Assembly (NCBI GenBank): GCA_024346625.1
Contig: AP024665.1
Coordinates: forward strand, 124,001-188,000
Direction of reading: 5' to 3'
Length of the DNA stretch: 64,000 nucleotides
Origin: Williopsis jadinii
Taxonomy: Eukaryota
Positions 52,425 through 63,652 of the stretch are shown one piece after another (within the stretch, counting starts at the first letter, position 1; every line of letters begins with the position of its first letter). The notes under the pieces are model-generated. The model made no database searches. It had not been told where the DNA came from and was given only the letters and a program-made list of their open reading frames with translations. The position numbers were made by a program, and so were the translations under genes.

Positions 52425-53299
52425 CTTTAGTCAATTCGTATTTAATCGTTCCAGTATGAAACGAAGCTCATCTCTTGTGAAACTTTTTTCCCATCACCTT
52501 AGAGAAAGAGTGCATGTACCACTATGGTATGGGAAACACATGAAGGTGTCCAAACCGATTATTAATATGGCTCTAGGGGAAATGGACTTGTGTTTGGTTT
52601 TAAGAGTTGCAAGCAAATGACCCTTGATTAGTCCCAAGTTGCTCAATCAGCAGACATAATTGTCAATTCTCGCCATGTGCCATTAGTTACATGATGGAAA
52701 ATTGACAAAGTATGATCAACTATGATTTAACATCCGAACACCAACAATGTCGGAGTTTAGTAGACAACCGTGACATGCCCGGTTATCAGTTAATACAGTG
52801 GTTGATAAATGGAAAGTGATAACATATGAAATAACTCTTCCGTTCACTTTGGTGCTTAGATATCTATTTAATGCATCCTTGTGTTAATATTAAATAAGGT
52901 CAATAAATATATCCCTTTAGATAATTTTTAAATATTATATAGAAATCAGTGGTGGCACATTAAGAATTTTAATGAGAAAATGGTACTAATTTATGATAAT
53001 TTGATACAGAAAAATATTTAGAATAATCCAATTACCGATCATCTCACATGAAAGCCAGATCATGATCTATAAATCTTTGTCCCTCTAAACAGTTCCTTAT
53101 CTTTTAAACAGCCAATTATGTAACTGAAAATTCCCGGTGGAGGTGATAAACGCATCACCTCCACCCATAGCATTGTTGCATATCAAAAAAAGCGCCGAAC
53201 GATCTCGTCATCATGAGCCGTGAAATATATATATCTAGAGAGGCAGTCATTTTAAATCTCCCTGTATACTGTTTTTGCAGTAAAAACAATCAATCGATA

Positions 53300-54334
53300 A
53301 TGACTAAGAGTAGTGGTACTGTGCACATACTTGGAGCTGGTTCTATTGGTGGACTTGTTGCATATGAACTATCCACCTTGGCATCTCCACCGAAGACGGT
53401 CCTCTTATGGCGTAACTCGTCAAGATTGGCTGATTTCAGAGACCGTTACCTCTCCAAAGTAACCATAAGAAGACTGTTCAAGACCCCAGTTGAATCTGTT
53501 AGTGGAACATTTGATTCAGCAATTGCAAGTACTTTGAACGGGCCTATATCTAATCTCATAGTCACTACAAAGACTTACCAAACTCAGAGTGCTTTGAGAC
53601 CTTATTTACACCTCATCGACAAATCAACGAATATCCTCTTGATTCAAAATGGACTTGGTGTTTCAGATGAGCTAATCCGTGATGTTTGGCCAGATGAGTC
53701 CAATCGCCCAACTTTGTACCAAGGTGTCATCAACCACGGTGCGTTCATTGTCCCAGATGACAACGAATACATTGTCGCACATGCTGGTTTTGCAGATTTA
53801 AACATTGCTCAGGTTTCTTCTGATGACACGTCTTCCTTACCACTGTTTATCCAACAATTGGTGGATGCAAAGGGACTTGTGACTCACTACATGCCATACT
53901 CCGATTTGTTGCTGATTCAGTTGAAGAAATTTACCGTTAACGCTTGTATTAATTCTATCACTTCAATCATTGATTGTATCAATGGTGAATTGGGCAAAGG
54001 TGACAAGGCACCCCAACTGTTTCACGATATCATCGAGGAGTCAATTGGAATCTTCAAGAAGTGTATTCCTGAGTTGAAGGACAATCCGAATGTCGATAAA
54101 GTCTTAGACAAAGAGAAATTGATTGCCAATGTCATTGAAGTTGGTACTGTTGTAAATGCACAAAATTCAAGCTCTATGAGACAGGACGTTTTAAACTTGA
54201 GGGAGACAGAAGTGGACTACATCAATGGATATGTTGTGAAGCTTGCACACAACAATGGATTGGAGGCTAAAGTAAACCAGACAATTACAAATCTCGTCAA
54301 GTTGAGGTTATCGATCAATAGAAATAGAGCTTAA
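53300..54334 (+). CDS. PAN5: 2-dehydropantoate 2-reductase (ApbA/PanE family)
   Basis: HILGAGSIG, TTKTYQT, QNGLG, KFTVNACIN and SSMRQDVLNLRETEVDYING. ATG 53300 lies downstream of a TATA run at about 53226. Confidence 0.88.
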   Translation: MTKSSGTVHILGAGSIGGLVAYELSTLASPPKTVLLWRNSSRLADFRDRYLSKVTIRRLFKTPVESVSGTFDSAIASTLNGPISNLIVTTKTYQTQSALRPYLHLIDKSTNILLIQNGLGVSDELIRDVWPDESNRPTLYQGVINHGAFIVPDDNEYIVAHAGFADLNIAQVSSDDTSSLPLFIQQLVDAKGLVTHYMPYSDLLLIQLKKFTVNACINSITSIIDCINGELGKGDKAPQLFHDIIEESIGIFKKCIPELKDNPNVDKVLDKEKLIANVIEVGTVVNAQNSSSMRQDVLNLRETEVDYINGYVVKLAHNNGLEAKVNQTITNLVKLRLSINRNRA

Positions 54335-54381
54335 AATTTAATGTCAATATATAGTTGTTTAATATGAGGAGGAAATATAGC

Positions 54382-54843
54382 TTAATTGACAGCATCTTTG
54401 ACTTTATCAGCGGCCTTATCAACACCTTCTTTCACGCTGTCCTTAACTTGGTCAGCCTTTTCGTCAAGATCTTTGTCCTTAGCCTCATCTTTCAAATCAG
54501 ATTTGAGATCCTGGGCCTTGTCCTTAGCATCGGCAGCCACTTCATTAGTCTTTTGCTTTGCACTTTCAGCAAATTCCTCGGCCTTTTCCTGTGTATTATC
54601 CTTCAATTCTTGAGCTTTATCCTTAATGTTCTCGGTGACTTCCTCGGCTTTACCCTTGACAGCATCAGCGGTGTCCTCTGCAGATTCAATGGTGTTGGCT
54701 GCGGCCTTACCAACTGCCTTGTTGATGTCGTCGGCTATTTTTTTTGCACTGTCAATGATTGAGTAAGGACGGTAACCCATGGTTGGTCTGCCGGTGTAGG
54801 CAATGGATCTTGTAATTGTAGTTCTTCTCAAGAGTCTAAACAT
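54382..54843 (-). CDS. LEA-like hydrophilic protein with a mitochondrial presequence
   Basis: MFRLLRRTTITRS..RPYS presequence, then A/K/D/E-rich 11-mer repeats. Confidence 0.75.
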   Translation of the reverse strand: MFRLLRRTTITRSIAYTGRPTMGYRPYSIIDSAKKIADDINKAVGKAAANTIESAEDTADAVKGKAEEVTENIKDKAQELKDNTQEKAEEFAESAKQKTNEVAADAKDKAQDLKSDLKDEAKDKDLDEKADQVKDSVKEGVDKAADKVKDAVN

Positions 54844-55282
54844 TTTGTGTGATTGCAATTTTGATTTGATTCTTGATTAAAAGATCAGATCTACTAGAGA
54901 GAGGAGGGCATGGTACCTGGCTTATATACACAGAGAGCAAAGGCATAAATCAAGATCTATAGTTAATTGCTTTATTGCTACGCGCAAAACACTTAAACTT
55001 TCTACAAGCATATGACGTCCAATTCATTGCTCATTGGGTTCAATTGTTTTCATGTATCCCTTGCTATGTTCGTGCTTTTTTTTTGCTATTTCGGTAATAA
55101 CGTCATTGCTCTTGGTAAGTTCTGTGTGAACAACGACAATAATTGCTACACTCAAAGGTATAAAGAAAAGTACATTTTATATTCCCCTGATTTTGTTATT
55201 GAACTGAAAACATCCAATCCCGTGGTGTCGTTGCAAAAATCATTCCTCGTTAAACATCATTCCTTTTAAATAATATCAAAAC

Positions 55283-56434
55283 TCACTTGGTAAAATAGTC
55301 GTGGAACAGCACACCCAAAGATGGCAGCTTTGTTGTAGTGGAATTTGTTGTAGTATTCGTGGCAGTTGAAGCTACACTGGTGGTTCTGGAGATCGGTGGT
55401 GGTGTGTGTTTCTCATCCTCGTCATCACTCACGGCACTTTCCCTCAAGACAGAATTCCTTCTGACGTTAGAGATCGAGCCCTTACGTAATGTGTATCTGT
55501 CACCCACTGGAGTCATGTTGTTGAACAAAGGCGGCACCGTGTAACTAAAAGACTTAGACCTTAGCGCATCACCGCTGAGGAATCCCACAGAGTTTTGCGA
55601 TGAGCTCGAAAAGGAGCGTTCACGGAGAACACCACCGGAATGGATCGGTGTAACCGAGTGAGAATGACGCTTACGTCTAGGGGTTGCAGTTAGATAGACG
55701 TGTTTCGTGGTATCCTTGAGGGTTTCCTTTGAAGTCTTTGGTTCCAAGGTGCTTATACGTTTATGGATCTCCGCCTCTGACCGTTGCGGCAAGAGTATTG
55801 ATAGCTCTGCAAAGCTCAAAGCTCTTCTGCGACGGGCAAGGAGTAAACCATCCTCCTCTGGGGTCCATTCATCGGATGAGCTCGAGTTTATCGAAGAGGA
55901 AAGCGGGTCAGCACCATCGTCTTCCGCCGCGATGTTCTTTTTCCCCTTTGCCTGTTTGAACGTATACGACATCTCTGGTATCTGCATAGGTCTTGATTGT
56001 GAGGATGAATACGAACGTGATAACTTTGACACCTTGGTAGTACCAGCGCCAGCAGCACCCTTCCCATTGGCATGGGGCTTTGTTTGTGGTGTGTGCGCGT
56101 TCCCGAGCGTAAGCGCAGCAGATGATGACAACGGGGATTGCGAGGGCGGAGATGTTGACGGCGATGAGGTTCCATCCTTCGCCAAAACCGTTGGCGGTGT
56201 GGACTGATTCGACGAGGGGGCAGAGGACGAGCCACCGTTAGCACCTTTCAATGAACCAGAACGTAGTCGACGCCAGCGGAACTGACACGCGTTTGGCGTT
56301 CTGTGTGCGAAGTGCGAGGCGATCTCCTTCCAGCCCAACTTCTGCTGTTCTTTTAAATGTCGTAGCAAGAGGTCATCCTGTGGGTCCCAAGAAGAAGGCG
56401 TGCGAGAAAACACCCTTGTGAGTTTATCCTCCAT
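55283..56434 (-). CDS. DOT6: Myb/SANT PAC-binding repressor of ribosome-biogenesis genes (Dot6/Tod6)
   Basis: SSWDPQDDLLLRHLKE..GWKEIA..RTPNACQFRWRRL; second SANT-like WTPEEDGLL; basophilic kinase sites (RKGS, RRNS). Confidence 0.8.
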   Translation of the reverse strand: MEDKLTRVFSRTPSSWDPQDDLLLRHLKEQQKLGWKEIASHFAHRTPNACQFRWRRLRSGSLKGANGGSSSAPSSNQSTPPTVLAKDGTSSPSTSPPSQSPLSSSAALTLGNAHTPQTKPHANGKGAAGAGTTKVSKLSRSYSSSQSRPMQIPEMSYTFKQAKGKKNIAAEDDGADPLSSSINSSSSDEWTPEEDGLLLARRRRALSFAELSILLPQRSEAEIHKRISTLEPKTSKETLKDTTKHVYLTATPRRKRHSHSVTPIHSGGVLRERSFSSSSQNSVGFLSGDALRSKSFSYTVPPLFNNMTPVGDRYTLRKGSISNVRRNSVLRESAVSDDEDEKHTPPPISRTTSVASTATNTTTNSTTTKLPSLGVLFHDYFTK

Positions 56435-58281
56435 GGTGACAAGTCGTGAATTAACGTGTAAAAGTAGTTATAACGGATTCCTCTTTGGGCCAAAGTTTTT
56501 AAACTCCCCTCCTATTGTTCCAAAAATAATGTCGTTGGTGTTGTCGACAATGAGAGATGGGTTACAATCGTGTGATGGGGTGGGAAACTGTGGGTCTCTT
56601 TTGTGGACGATCGAGACAGAAGCCGAAATGAAAAAAACAGAGACTATGGACAAAAAGTTGTGAGATGTCCCTTGCTGAATATTGAGAGTGGTTTGTCGCA
56701 GAATATTAAAGATTTCAACTCTTTTTCTTTTGTTCCTTGTTTGTTTGAGAAGTGGAAGAGAGAGAGAAATATATTGAGCAAATTGCAACAATTCACCACC
56801 AAAAATTCGAAACCGTGTGCGATGCGTTAAAATGAAACGTCGATGACCCGTTGACTTTTTTTTTTCTTCCGGCGTTGCGTCTTCGAACGAGAATTAACGG
56901 TCCATCGCCTTTTCCTCGCTATCGAATCAATCGGTTTTTGCGCCACAAGATTACCCTTTACGGTCACAAATTTCGCGATGAGTTCTTTTTTTTTCGCATC
57001 GGTTCCAACTTTCGACGTCTGTCTTTTCTCCCTTTGTCTTGGTTAATTAAGAACCTATTCGAGCAGTGAACGTGTCACGCTTCATATGGTGTAAACGTAA
57101 CCTTCAATCGTAGCTTGTAGCGTGTAAAGACGGACACTTCTTCCAGGCGAACCCTGTGGGAACGCCCCGCGAAGCTGCGATAGGAGATAGCGTACATGAC
57201 ACACTGTATCATGTAGTACGTGGGCTGTGTCTACGGATTTTAACTGGCGGGATAAGAAAACTTAAACGGGACACGCCATATACAGTTAGTACCGGTGCAA
57301 AGTGGACTAATGGCAACAACACGGCAGGAAAACATGTCATAGGGTACAACACACGGTAGGTGTTACGTGATTAGCTGGACAGTTCGTAGCGGTAGGTTAG
57401 TGCGTTTATGGAGTTGCTATTAGCGTGGCAGAAAACAGTGCCAATCGCGTAATACACCACAAACTGGAAGAATTATATGTAGGCACCTGTCATACCGCGG
57501 GAAGGAATGGTATCCCGTGAGGAGAGGACCACCACATTTTTTTTTACACGGGATAGTTGGATTGGACTCGTGCCCCACTAAAGTTGTAAAAACCCCTATC
57601 TTTGTAATTTGCCACCAACCATGGTGTGTTTTACCAGTGGGGTTGGGTGCTTGCTTTTGTTAAGCTTTAAGCAACTGTGTCACATACGTCACAGGGAAAT
57701 ACAACAAAGAACCGGCGGACGTGATGTACTATTGTGTTGGACCTATCACAAAGCTTATTACGTTTGTTTGTCATTTGAATTTATAGATAGTTCATTCAAA
57801 CATATAGACGGGTTTGTCGTCTAAACGTCATGCTAGTAGTGTTTGGCAAAATCCAGGAATTTCTCGCTTACAATGCGAGACAATACCAAGCCTGAATGTT
57901 AGATACGGCATGAAATGACGCCTTTTAAAACCCCCAAGCACGCAAATGGTTGTAATCCAAAAGCCGGGTACCGGTTGAAACAGCTTTTTTGACGGCTTTG
58001 TTCGCCTTGGGCCTCGAAATTGGGCACATGCAGATGAGTAACACCCAGACACCCTTGCTCATCGCACAATTCCACAGTCTCACCGAGCAGTGATGAAGTG
58101 CATTCTACAGTGCATACATATTTTGGGTGCCACACTTTTTGGTGCAAGTGTTGAATTGAGGTGAAGCTCGGTGTGAATAGCCTACCGAACTACAGGGCAA
58201 ACCGCATGGTGTTTAGAAAGAGAAATGTATGTTTCCCATACACTATATTATATATGTATCCCGAGTTAGCGTAACAAAACC

Positions 58282-59604
58282 TTACCCTTTCCATTCCTGT
58301 GGGTCCGTAAACAACTCCAAAGCATACAGCCCTAGCGTGCTGAACATGTTGATCCAATTCCAGAATAACCATGGATCAACAACAATTTCTTGACCTTCTC
58401 TTTTGTCGAGCGGCAACCACCATCCCCAGATACACAATTCGGAATCCAGCTCGTTGGAATACTGCATCATCAAGTGCGTATAAACGGCAATGATAATGCA
58501 CGGCGAAAATGCGTATATGACCCTCATAGACCTCGTTGAAGGTTGTGGATTTTTCAAAGCTGGGATTATCCTCGTTGCAGAGTAGAAGACAGATACACGG
58601 TATGCAAGGTTCACAAGTACCGTTGGTGTTACTGTCTTTGCAGCGGCAATGAAGAAATCCAACACAGCTTGAAACGACACAGGAACGTTCCACGTGAGAG
58701 AGGATACGAGATGCGTTACAGAATCTGTGAGTAACAGTGGCAAGAATTGAACATCCAACCTTATTTGGTTTGTAGCACTGGAGATGAGGATGCCCATTTC
58801 GTTTGATGCCAGTAGAGAAAGTTCTGGAAACGTCTCATAGATACATCTCACAACGTATGCAAACAACAACGAGCTCTCCACCGTGGAGCCACGTTTAGAG
58901 ATGATACCGTAGAGTCCAACACCACAACAGAAAGTTAGGATGGCGCCAATCAGAGATGCAGATGCGGAGCTGATTTCCACAGAGGAAGAATAGATTCTGT
59001 AGAGAAAATACATCGAAGTAGTAATGATACCACCAGAGCTTAGCAGGCTAACGATGACCCAACTTTCAGACTTGTTCAATTTCAACCATGTGAAGGTTTG
59101 TCCAATGCTCTGGATTGCCAGCACTGTGCATAAACCTTCTAGGAGTGTAAACCAAGGGGTAGACTTTTGAATCACGTACATCCATGGTTTTATAAAGAAC
59201 TTATAGTACACAATATGGTCCAATTTCAACTGTTCCATATCGTTGTTGTTGAAGACAGACAATGAAAATGTCAGTATACTCGGTATCAGCAAGTGCTGTG
59301 AGTAGTAGAGTACATTCACCACCCAATTCCTATACAGGACGAGCCGTATCACTGTTAAACTCGAGTAGATACAGAATAACGTCACGGTGAAGGTCAGTCC
59401 ACAATACACACCACCAACTTGGAAAGCAATAGGGACCGTTAGTACGATGAGTAAAAGGTACAGCGTTGTGAAGAATGCCCTGACAAAGTTATAGACTTGC
59501 TTATAGGGTGAAGGTTTCCTTATCCTTTTGAGAGACGCATTTGAGCTCGTTGAAGAGTGTGACGATGAAGAAGACATCGACGATAGTGATGTACTCGAAG
59601 CCAT
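58282..59604 (-). CDS. ICE2: ER membrane protein Ice2
   Basis: PIAFQVGGVYCGLTFT, STPWFTLLEG, ESSLLFAYVVRCIYE, SPCIIIAVYTHLMMQY and FWNWIN. Confidence 0.92.
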   Translation of the reverse strand: MASSTSLSSMSSSSSHSSTSSNASLKRIRKPSPYKQVYNFVRAFFTTLYLLLIVLTVPIAFQVGGVYCGLTFTVTLFCIYSSLTVIRLVLYRNWVVNVLYYSQHLLIPSILTFSLSVFNNNDMEQLKLDHIVYYKFFIKPWMYVIQKSTPWFTLLEGLCTVLAIQSIGQTFTWLKLNKSESWVIVSLLSSGGIITTSMYFLYRIYSSSVEISSASASLIGAILTFCCGVGLYGIISKRGSTVESSLLFAYVVRCIYETFPELSLLASNEMGILISSATNQIRLDVQFLPLLLTDSVTHLVSSLTWNVPVSFQAVLDFFIAAAKTVTPTVLVNLAYRVSVFYSATRIIPALKNPQPSTRSMRVIYAFSPCIIIAVYTHLMMQYSNELDSELCIWGWWLPLDKREGQEIVVDPWLFWNWINMFSTLGLYALELFTDPQEWKG

Positions 59605-61616
59605 GTGTGTATGATTTTGTTATGCTGTGCAAACCCCAGTCAGACTATGACCGTGTATGAGAGCGTGTTTGTGTGTGGGTATCTGTCAGTGTAACCGCTT
59701 GTCCCTTTGAAAATGTCCCGTTGGTGCTGCTGTGTGGATTCTTTGCCAGAGGATGAGGAATTCAGAACAGCACAACAAATAAAGCGGGTTGAAAGGGTTC
59801 TAAGATATCAATTATCGTGTTTCTCAAGAGGATGGGTTAATGAACAGTTTTGATAACGTTGTGTCCGTGAAAGTTCTTTCCCTTCCTTTTTTAAATGACA
59901 GAGTATGTTACAAAAATGTCCTTGAAATTAGCTGGACTGTGAGCTCCTTTTGATGTCGTTTGATAAAGTTCTTTGTTTTGTTACCTGTTTCATTTTTCAA
60001 TTTTTTTAAGCGCTGGAAAAATGGTCGACAAACTCAAAAAAAACCCTTGAGTGTCTGAAAGTTTTCCCAGCTTTTCCCTCTGTGTGGCATTGTTGTTTGG
60101 GCGGCTTTCTTTTTCAGTTCTGGGAAATTATTGAAACAACCCAAAAGGGAAGAATTCCTGTTTCAGAAAACGCATTACATAAGTGATTATTCATCACCTA
60201 AGCCGAGTGTTTCTCGGCCGCGCAGTTCCCAAAAACGGAGGTAAAGGGCTGTAGCTAATATGACATGACTGATTCTTGGTTTCTTTTTGTTCTTTTGGTT
60301 GGGTTTTTTGGCCATGTTAGTAATAAGAGGGGCTGATTGTTCGGATGTGTTGGTTCACTTTCGGGTCCCGCTTAGTAATTGAGAAGATCAACCGAGCACC
60401 AGTCTTTTCAGGGGCGATTTATATTGTATGTAGTTATAGTTCCGTTGATACATGGGTGAGGTTCTGTAAGATATGTTCAGCCCGAAGATCTTCGTATCAC
60501 TGAATCGTGGACGCTGCTCGAAGAGAAACGGGGTTAATAAAGAGTTTGGATCGGATACAGCGTAGAGCCGAAGAGCAGACGCTACGGTTAATCGTCGCTC
60601 AGAAATGTGGTGGTCGTATGCACGGCAATGACGGCGCATCTACTCTACAGACGACTACAGTAAACACGAGGCTACGTTTGGAGCACCATTTGAGCTGTTA
60701 AGAATGTTCAACTAAATAGAACTGGATTTGCACCGAGTGTTCTTGGTCCGGCATGCTAAACTGTAAGAGGGATATAGCAGTAAGGGCTACGCTGTAGATT
60801 CCGTTCAAGGGTCCCCGACCATTGACCAGCCAAGGAGGACAGATTTAAAGCATACAATGTGCACTACAAAGACACAAAATGGGTCCACGGGAGGTCCTTA
60901 TCACGTCCCGACTAATTGCACAGGTTCCAAAACAGTTATTGCACCATGGAACAGCGACAAATGTGGAAATATTGGGTGTTTATTTCGAATACCCCGTCCC
61001 ACCGTCGTTCGCATCACCTCGTGAAACTTTCAACTGGATGAATAAACATCGCCCGGCAGTTTCAGCTTACATCCCACTACAACGCCATGAAAGCGTTCAT
61101 GGGAACCAATCCATTCGTCGCCAGTTACAAATCTACAACGCCCTTTCATCAAACACACCATCATGTTCCCTCACAGTATCAAGAATGCTTCACCCAGATT
61201 GTGTCATCAAACCTCAATTGGTGCCCTCTCCTCACTTGTCATTCACCACAACACATGCTTGGCTGTTGTGTTTCTGTTGTCTCCGAACGGTTGTTTCCCA
61301 TCTCAGCAAAAGCTCCGACGCTTGTGCATAGACATGCGTCTGAGCGACATGAGGGAAAAAGTTTTTATATCCAGAAGGAAAAAGAAAATAAACACATAGG
61401 GCTAAAACTTTGGCAGATGGGGACGTGAGCCTTATATAAATATCCCCCATCTCCTCTGTCTTATGTATCATGTTGTACCGAGCAGCACTTGAAATTTCTC
61501 AGCACTTGATTTCTCCGAGCTTGCTCCAAGCTTCCAACTGCAACTTTATAATACCGCTGGAGATTCTACGTTAGGCACACGAGTACTTTCTGCCATTGAC
61601 ACGTACTAAGACTTCG

Positions 61617-63401
61617 ATGACGTCTTCATCCGACCACTCCAGTACCATGGCCAACAGTAATATCTCAACAACTCCGAAAGTTGAACATGCAGGGGACGAC
61701 AACTCTCTGAGCCCCACCTCATCGTCATCGCATAACTCGTCCTCTGCAGACAGTGAGTTTGCACAGGACCCTCAGTCCCTTCCCGATGCTGTGGGCGATG
61801 TTGAAAACCAAGCCAAGAGGGTCAAGACTTTGGATGAAGAATTAGATCACGTTGAGGCAAGCGATGCTGTCTCAAGAGAACTCTCCAGAGTCTTGACTGC
61901 TGCGTACACAACAGAAGAGGAGAACGAACATGCAAAGACCCCAATGCCACCAATGGGTCTCAACAAGGAGATTCCAACGGACTTCCCAGACCCCGAACCT
62001 TATACCGTTTCTTTCAACGGGCCGGATGATCCATTGCACCCACACAACTGGAATATGAAGAGAAAGGTTTGGATATGTGCAATTATTGGTGCCATGACCG
62101 CCGCGGTGGCCATGGGCTCCTCTATGTACTCACCAGGTATCTTGGAGGTTTCTGAGGAATTCCACATTGGTCACGTCACAGCTACTTTGGGTATATCGTT
62201 ATACGTCTTGGGGTTTGCAACTGGTCCGGTTGTTTGGGCTCCATTATCAGAATTGTACGGTAGAAGACCAGTTTTGTTGATCTCTGGACTGGGATTCGTC
62301 TGTTTCACATTTGCAGTTGCAACTGCTAAAGATATCCAGACTGTGATGCTTTGTAGAGCGTTTGCAGGTATTATAGGTGCTGCGCCATTGGTGGTTGTAC
62401 CCGCTGCCTTTGCAGACCTTTTCGGAAACAGAACTCGTGGTAAGGCCATTGCAATCTTCTCCATGATGGTGTTTTGTATGCCATTGCTTGCACCTGTCAT
62501 CGGTGCCTTTGTCGTTTCATCTTACTTGGGATGGAGATGGACCCAATATCTTATTGGAATCTTTGGCTCATTCTCACTTGCACTAGTTGCAGTCTTCTTT
62601 GAAGAAACTCACCATCCAATCATTCTAGTCAACAAGGCTAAGGAGATTAAAAAACGTACTGGTAACTGGTTGATTCATGCACCACATGACGAATTCGAAC
62701 TCACAGTCAAGGACATTGTTGAAAAGAACATCACCCGTCCATTGATCATGGTTGCCACGGAACCAATTCTGTTCCTTATCTCATTTTACAACGCTTTCAT
62801 TTATGGTATTCTTTATCTCCTACTTTCTGCTTACCCTATCGTCTTTGCCGAGGGTTATCGTATGACAGGTGGTACCAGTGAATTGCCATATTTGGGTCTT
62901 GTCGTTGGTATGATGTTTGGTGGTGCTGTTTGTCTGTGGGCTGAAGGTGCCTATTTGAAAGCCATGGACAGTAACGGTGGTAAGATCGTTCCTGAGGCTC
63001 GTCTGATTTCGGTGTTCTATGGTTCGGTTTTGTTTCCAGTGGGTCTTTTCTGGTTTACATGGACAGGTAACTATCCAGATAAAGTCCATTGGATGGCTCC
63101 GACCGCTGCTGGTGTCTTTATCGGATTTGGATTGATTACCATCTTCAACGGTTCTATCAACTACATCATTGATTCATACCTGGTGTTTGCAGCTTCGGCT
63201 CTTGCAGGTAACACCTTCTTCAGATCCGGGTTTGCATGTGCGTTCCCATTGTTTGCGGTGCAGATGTTCCATGCCATGGGTACTAACTGGGCAGGTTTGC
63301 TTCTTTCATGTGTGGGTTTTGCTCTTGTGCCGGTTCCATTCTTGTTCTATAAGTATGGAAAGCGTCTTAGAGCAAAGTCAAAGTACGCCTTTGTTCTATG
63401 A
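61617..63401 (+). CDS. TPO1: MFS DHA1 drug/polyamine:H+ antiporter, Tpo1/Flu1-like
   Basis: FNGPDDPLHPHNW, GPVVWAPLSELYGRR, LGWRW, EETHHP, PEARL and terminal RAKSKYA; about 12 hydrophobic helices. Confidence 0.8.
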   Translation: MTSSSDHSSTMANSNISTTPKVEHAGDDNSLSPTSSSSHNSSSADSEFAQDPQSLPDAVGDVENQAKRVKTLDEELDHVEASDAVSRELSRVLTAAYTTEEENEHAKTPMPPMGLNKEIPTDFPDPEPYTVSFNGPDDPLHPHNWNMKRKVWICAIIGAMTAAVAMGSSMYSPGILEVSEEFHIGHVTATLGISLYVLGFATGPVVWAPLSELYGRRPVLLISGLGFVCFTFAVATAKDIQTVMLCRAFAGIIGAAPLVVVPAAFADLFGNRTRGKAIAIFSMMVFCMPLLAPVIGAFVVSSYLGWRWTQYLIGIFGSFSLALVAVFFEETHHPIILVNKAKEIKKRTGNWLIHAPHDEFELTVKDIVEKNITRPLIMVATEPILFLISFYNAFIYGILYLLLSAYPIVFAEGYRMTGGTSELPYLGLVVGMMFGGAVCLWAEGAYLKAMDSNGGKIVPEARLISVFYGSVLFPVGLFWFTWTGNYPDKVHWMAPTAAGVFIGFGLITIFNGSINYIIDSYLVFAASALAGNTFFRSGFACAFPLFAVQMFHAMGTNWAGLLLSCVGFALVPVPFLFYKYGKRLRAKSKYAFVL

Positions 63402-63652
63402 AGCTTGATATCAGCCTCTGTACATACTTCACATCATTATCATTTCATATCCACTTTATAATAACGTCATTGCGACTTTCCGTATAGACATTCATTCTTG
63501 CATTTATGTAGTCGTTGTAAGATGCATACTAATGAAAATGAGCAAAGACTGTAAGCGCATAGACCATCGGAAAGCTGGATTTACGTTGAATTGGATACAA
63601 TGCGAAGTATTCCTTCTACATTACACTATGAATCACTGTCAAAGTACGCGGG

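Noticed and set aside
52720..53140. Point centromere (CDEI-like TCACATG next to the AT-rich tract)
   Set aside because: The AT tract is on the wrong side of the CDEI-like motif and there is no correctly placed CDEIII TTCCGAA.
2905..53299. N-terminal ORF-track extensions of MRPL36, GYP6, RRP3, AYR1, NUP192 and PAN5
   Set aside because: They run through promoter poly-A/T or TATA sequence and mostly begin at TTG/GTG with no targeting-peptide character, unlike GRS1.
59605..61616. ORFs of 64-150 aa and a minus-strand TACTAAC (about 60316-60322) between ICE2 and the MFS gene
   Set aside because: No recognisable protein and no matching canonical donor; typical long promoter of a transporter.
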